Position numbers and translations under genes: made by a program
Assembly (NCBI GenBank): GCA_049317285.1
Contig: JBMOIO010000004.1
Span: 2,994 to 66,993 of the forward strand
Reading direction: 5' to 3'
Length of the DNA: 64,000 nucleotides
Source: Minisyncoccia bacterium
Lineage (GTDB): Bacteria > Patescibacteriota > Minisyncoccia > Phycocordibacterales > UBA9973
Notes under the pieces: generated by a model
Database searches by the model: none
Told to the model about the DNA's origin: nothing
The model's input: the letters and a program-made list of their open reading frames with translations, nothing else
Shown here: piece by piece, positions 61,616 to 64,000 of the stretch
Layout: every line of letters starts with the position of its first letter
How positions within the stretch are numbered: position 1 is the first letter of the stretch

Positions 61616-64000
61616 ATGAAGCCCACTGCGTACGACCACAACGCTATAGAGAAGAAATGGCAAAAAACGTGGGAAAGTGCTGAAACCTATAAGACCGAGA
61701 CTGGAACTAAGAAGAAAAAGCACTATGTGCTGGATATGTTCCCGTACCCGTCCGGGGTAGGACTTCATGTAGGGCACCCTCGTGGCTATATCGGAAGCGA
61801 TGTCTATGCCCGACAAAAGCGCATGGAAGGGTTCAATGTCCTTCATCCGATGGGGTTTGACTCCTTTGGTCTTCCGGCCGAGCAGTACGCTATTGCAACT
61901 GGAAAAAACCCTGCCGTATTTACTGAAAAGCTTGTGGCACAGTATAAAACCCAACTCTCTATTATGGGGCTCTCCTATGACTGGTCGCGCGAAGTGTCCA
62001 CCCACCGGCCCGAATACTACAAATGGACCCAATGGATATTTCTTCAGCTGTTTGACGCATGGTATGACACAAAGAAAAATACAGCGCGTCCGATAAGTGA
62101 CCTTGTTACACTTTTTTCGAAGAGCGGAAACAAGAATATTAGTGCAGTAGTTGATCAGCAGACTCCAATTTTTTCTGCAATAGAGTGGGCTGCATTTTCA
62201 AAAAAAGAGCGCCAAGAAATGCTCATGAAATACCGCCTTGCCTATGAGGGTTATGCAGAAGTGAATTGGTGTCAAGAATTGGGCACAGTGCTTGCAAACG
62301 ACGAGATTGTTGATGGCCCAAAAGGACCAGTCTCTGAACGAGGAGGTTTCCCTGTCATAAAGAAGTCTATGCGACAGTGGTTTATGCGCATTACTGCATA
62401 CGCGGACCGTCTTGCAGCAGACCTTAATACACTCGATTGGCCTAATAATATAAAAGAGATTCAAAAAAACTGGATCGGAAAAAGCGAGGGAAGCGAAATT
62501 ACCTTTGAATTGTTTTCAAAAAACGATGGGCATAGCGTGGGAGATATGAAAGTCTTTACAACGCGCGCCGACACGTTGTTTGGGGTGACGTATGTTGTAT
62601 TTGCACCGGAGCACGCAGATGTTGAAGGGTTGAGAGAATATATCACTAACTGGAAATCAGTTGAAGCATATATCAAAAAAATAACTCAGAAAGATGTGCA
62701 AGAGCGCACCGCTGAAGGAAAAGAAAAAACCGGCATAGTGCTGGAGGGTTTGTACGCAATTAATCCTGCAAACGGCGAAGCGGTTCCAGTATGGATTGCC
62801 GACTATGTGCTCGCAAGCTATGGAACAGGTGCGGTGATGGCGGTGCCTGCTCACGACGAGCGCGATTTTGAATTCGCCAGAAAATATCATGTCTCGATCA
62901 AGAGAGTGATCAATGATGACATGAACAAGGGTAATGTTCCGCGAGAATACCGAAATGATCTAAACAACTATATTGAAAACATTGCAACAGCGAAAGACTT
63001 TTGTTTTACCGGATATGGAATACTCGTCAATTCAGGAGAATTCAACGGTCTTACCTCTGAAGAAGCAAAGAAAAAAATTACAGAATATGTGGGCGGGCGC
63101 ATTGTCACTAAGTACAAAATGCGAGACGCGATTTTTGCGCGACAACGCTACTGGGGAGAGCCGATTCCGCTTCGTTCAGCGCCTGATAGCACAGTAGAGC
63201 CTTTGAAAGAAAAGGAACTGCCATTGATACTTCCAAAAGTGAAATCATATGAGCCAACTGGAACAGGCGAGAGCCCACTTGCCTCTATTAAATCGTGGAC
63301 GAAAGAGGGGTACGAGACTAATACGATGCCGGGATGGGCGGGCTCTTCATGGTACTTCCTTCGCTATATGGACCCGCAGAACACAAAGGTATTTGCTGGT
63401 AAAAAAATGCTCGACTATTGGAAAGAGGTGGATATGTATGTTGGCGGGGCAGAGCACGCGACAGGACACCTCTTGTATTCGCGTTTTTGGCACAAATTCC
63501 TCTATGACATGAAGTATGTCCCTGTAAAAGAGCCGTTTAAAGCGCTTCGAAATCAGGGAATGATAGGTGGTGCCGACGGCCGAAAGATGAGCAAGCGATG
63601 GGGAAATGTGATTAACCCGGACGACGTGGTGAAAACCTACGGCGCCGACAGCTTGCGCGTATTTGAGATGTTTCTCGGACCGTTTGATGCGCATTTGCCA
63701 TGGAGCACTGATGGCATCATGGGTGCACGGCGTTTTATCGAACGTGTCTGGAGACTAGGGAATAAGCTTTCGCAGAACAATGCAAAAAAGACTGATGCAA
63801 GCGCAGAAAAAGTACTTCATAAAACAATTAAAAAAGTGAGCGATGATATTGCATCGTTTTCTTTCAACACAGCAGTGTCTTCGATGATGATCTGTTTGAA
63901 TGAAATGGAAAAAGCTGAAACGATTTCAATAAAAGATTTTAAATTATTTTTACAAATACTCGCGCCATTTGCTCCGCATGTTACCGATGAGCTTTGGAAA
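61616..64000 (+). CDS. leuS: Leucine--tRNA ligase (runs off the window end)
   Basis: MFPYPSGVGLHVGH, FTTRADTLFG, YGTGAVMAVPAHD, RQRYWGEP and KMSKR. Confidence 0.97.
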   Translation, partial: MKPTAYDHNAIEKKWQKTWESAETYKTETGTKKKKHYVLDMFPYPSGVGLHVGHPRGYIGSDVYARQKRMEGFNVLHPMGFDSFGLPAEQYAIATGKNPAVFTEKLVAQYKTQLSIMGLSYDWSREVSTHRPEYYKWTQWIFLQLFDAWYDTKKNTARPISDLVTLFSKSGNKNISAVVDQQTPIFSAIEWAAFSKKERQEMLMKYRLAYEGYAEVNWCQELGTVLANDEIVDGPKGPVSERGGFPVIKKSMRQWFMRITAYADRLAADLNTLDWPNNIKEIQKNWIGKSEGSEITFELFSKNDGHSVGDMKVFTTRADTLFGVTYVVFAPEHADVEGLREYITNWKSVEAYIKKITQKDVQERTAEGKEKTGIVLEGLYAINPANGEAVPVWIADYVLASYGTGAVMAVPAHDERDFEFARKYHVSIKRVINDDMNKGNVPREYRNDLNNYIENIATAKDFCFTGYGILVNSGEFNGLTSEEAKKKITEYVGGRIVTKYKMRDAIFARQRYWGEPIPLRSAPDSTVEPLKEKELPLILPKVKSYEPTGTGESPLASIKSWTKEGYETNTMPGWAGSSWYFLRYMDPQNTKVFAGKKMLDYWKEVDMYVGGAEHATGHLLYSRFWHKFLYDMKYVPVKEPFKALRNQGMIGGADGRKMSKRWGNVINPDDVVKTYGADSLRVFEMFLGPFDAHLPWSTDGIMGARRFIERVWRLGNKLSQNNAKKTDASAEKVLHKTIKKVSDDIASFSFNTAVSSMMICLNEMEKAETISIKDFKLFLQILAPFAPHVTDELWK

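Overview
Chromosomal fragment of a small-genome Patescibacteria (CPR) organism, most likely Parcubacteria, using the standard genetic code 11. It is mostly housekeeping: rpoB-rpoC-dnaG-rpoD, groES/EL, rnj, rnr, rpsP-khpA-trmD, rpsB-tsf, proS-mreB-mreC, uvrB/uvrA/nth/uvrC, ddl, partial leuS, mutY, htrA and tRNA-Thr(UGU). It also carries a mannose cluster (PMM, PMI, GH130, GT4 fusion) and scattered ORFans. The most interesting signal is non-coding. (A) Six dispersed ~100-120 bp copies of a three-way-junction element show extensive compensatory base changes, conserved loops and both orientations relative to transcription. (B) A second family of ~30-40 bp REP-like palindromes occurs between genes, as a tandem array, and as in-frame insertions in dnaG, trmD and uvrB. 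(C) A small GIY-YIG nuclease gene is bracketed by two copies of the 5' part of tRNA-Thr, takes its stop codon from the intact tRNA, and has a 49-bp palindrome inserted in the upstream copy. (D) Two candidate stand-alone structured RNAs lie at ~8.3 kb and ~22.1-22.4 kb. Also seen: parallel loss of Fe-S cysteines in MutY, Nth and UvrC; a UvrA lacking its insertion domain; a truncated mod/sppA junction; a DinJ antitoxin with only a YafQ C-terminal remnant; a nonsense-interrupted tgt; and pervasive leaderless-type promoters. All calls come from reading the sequence by eye. No database searches were run.
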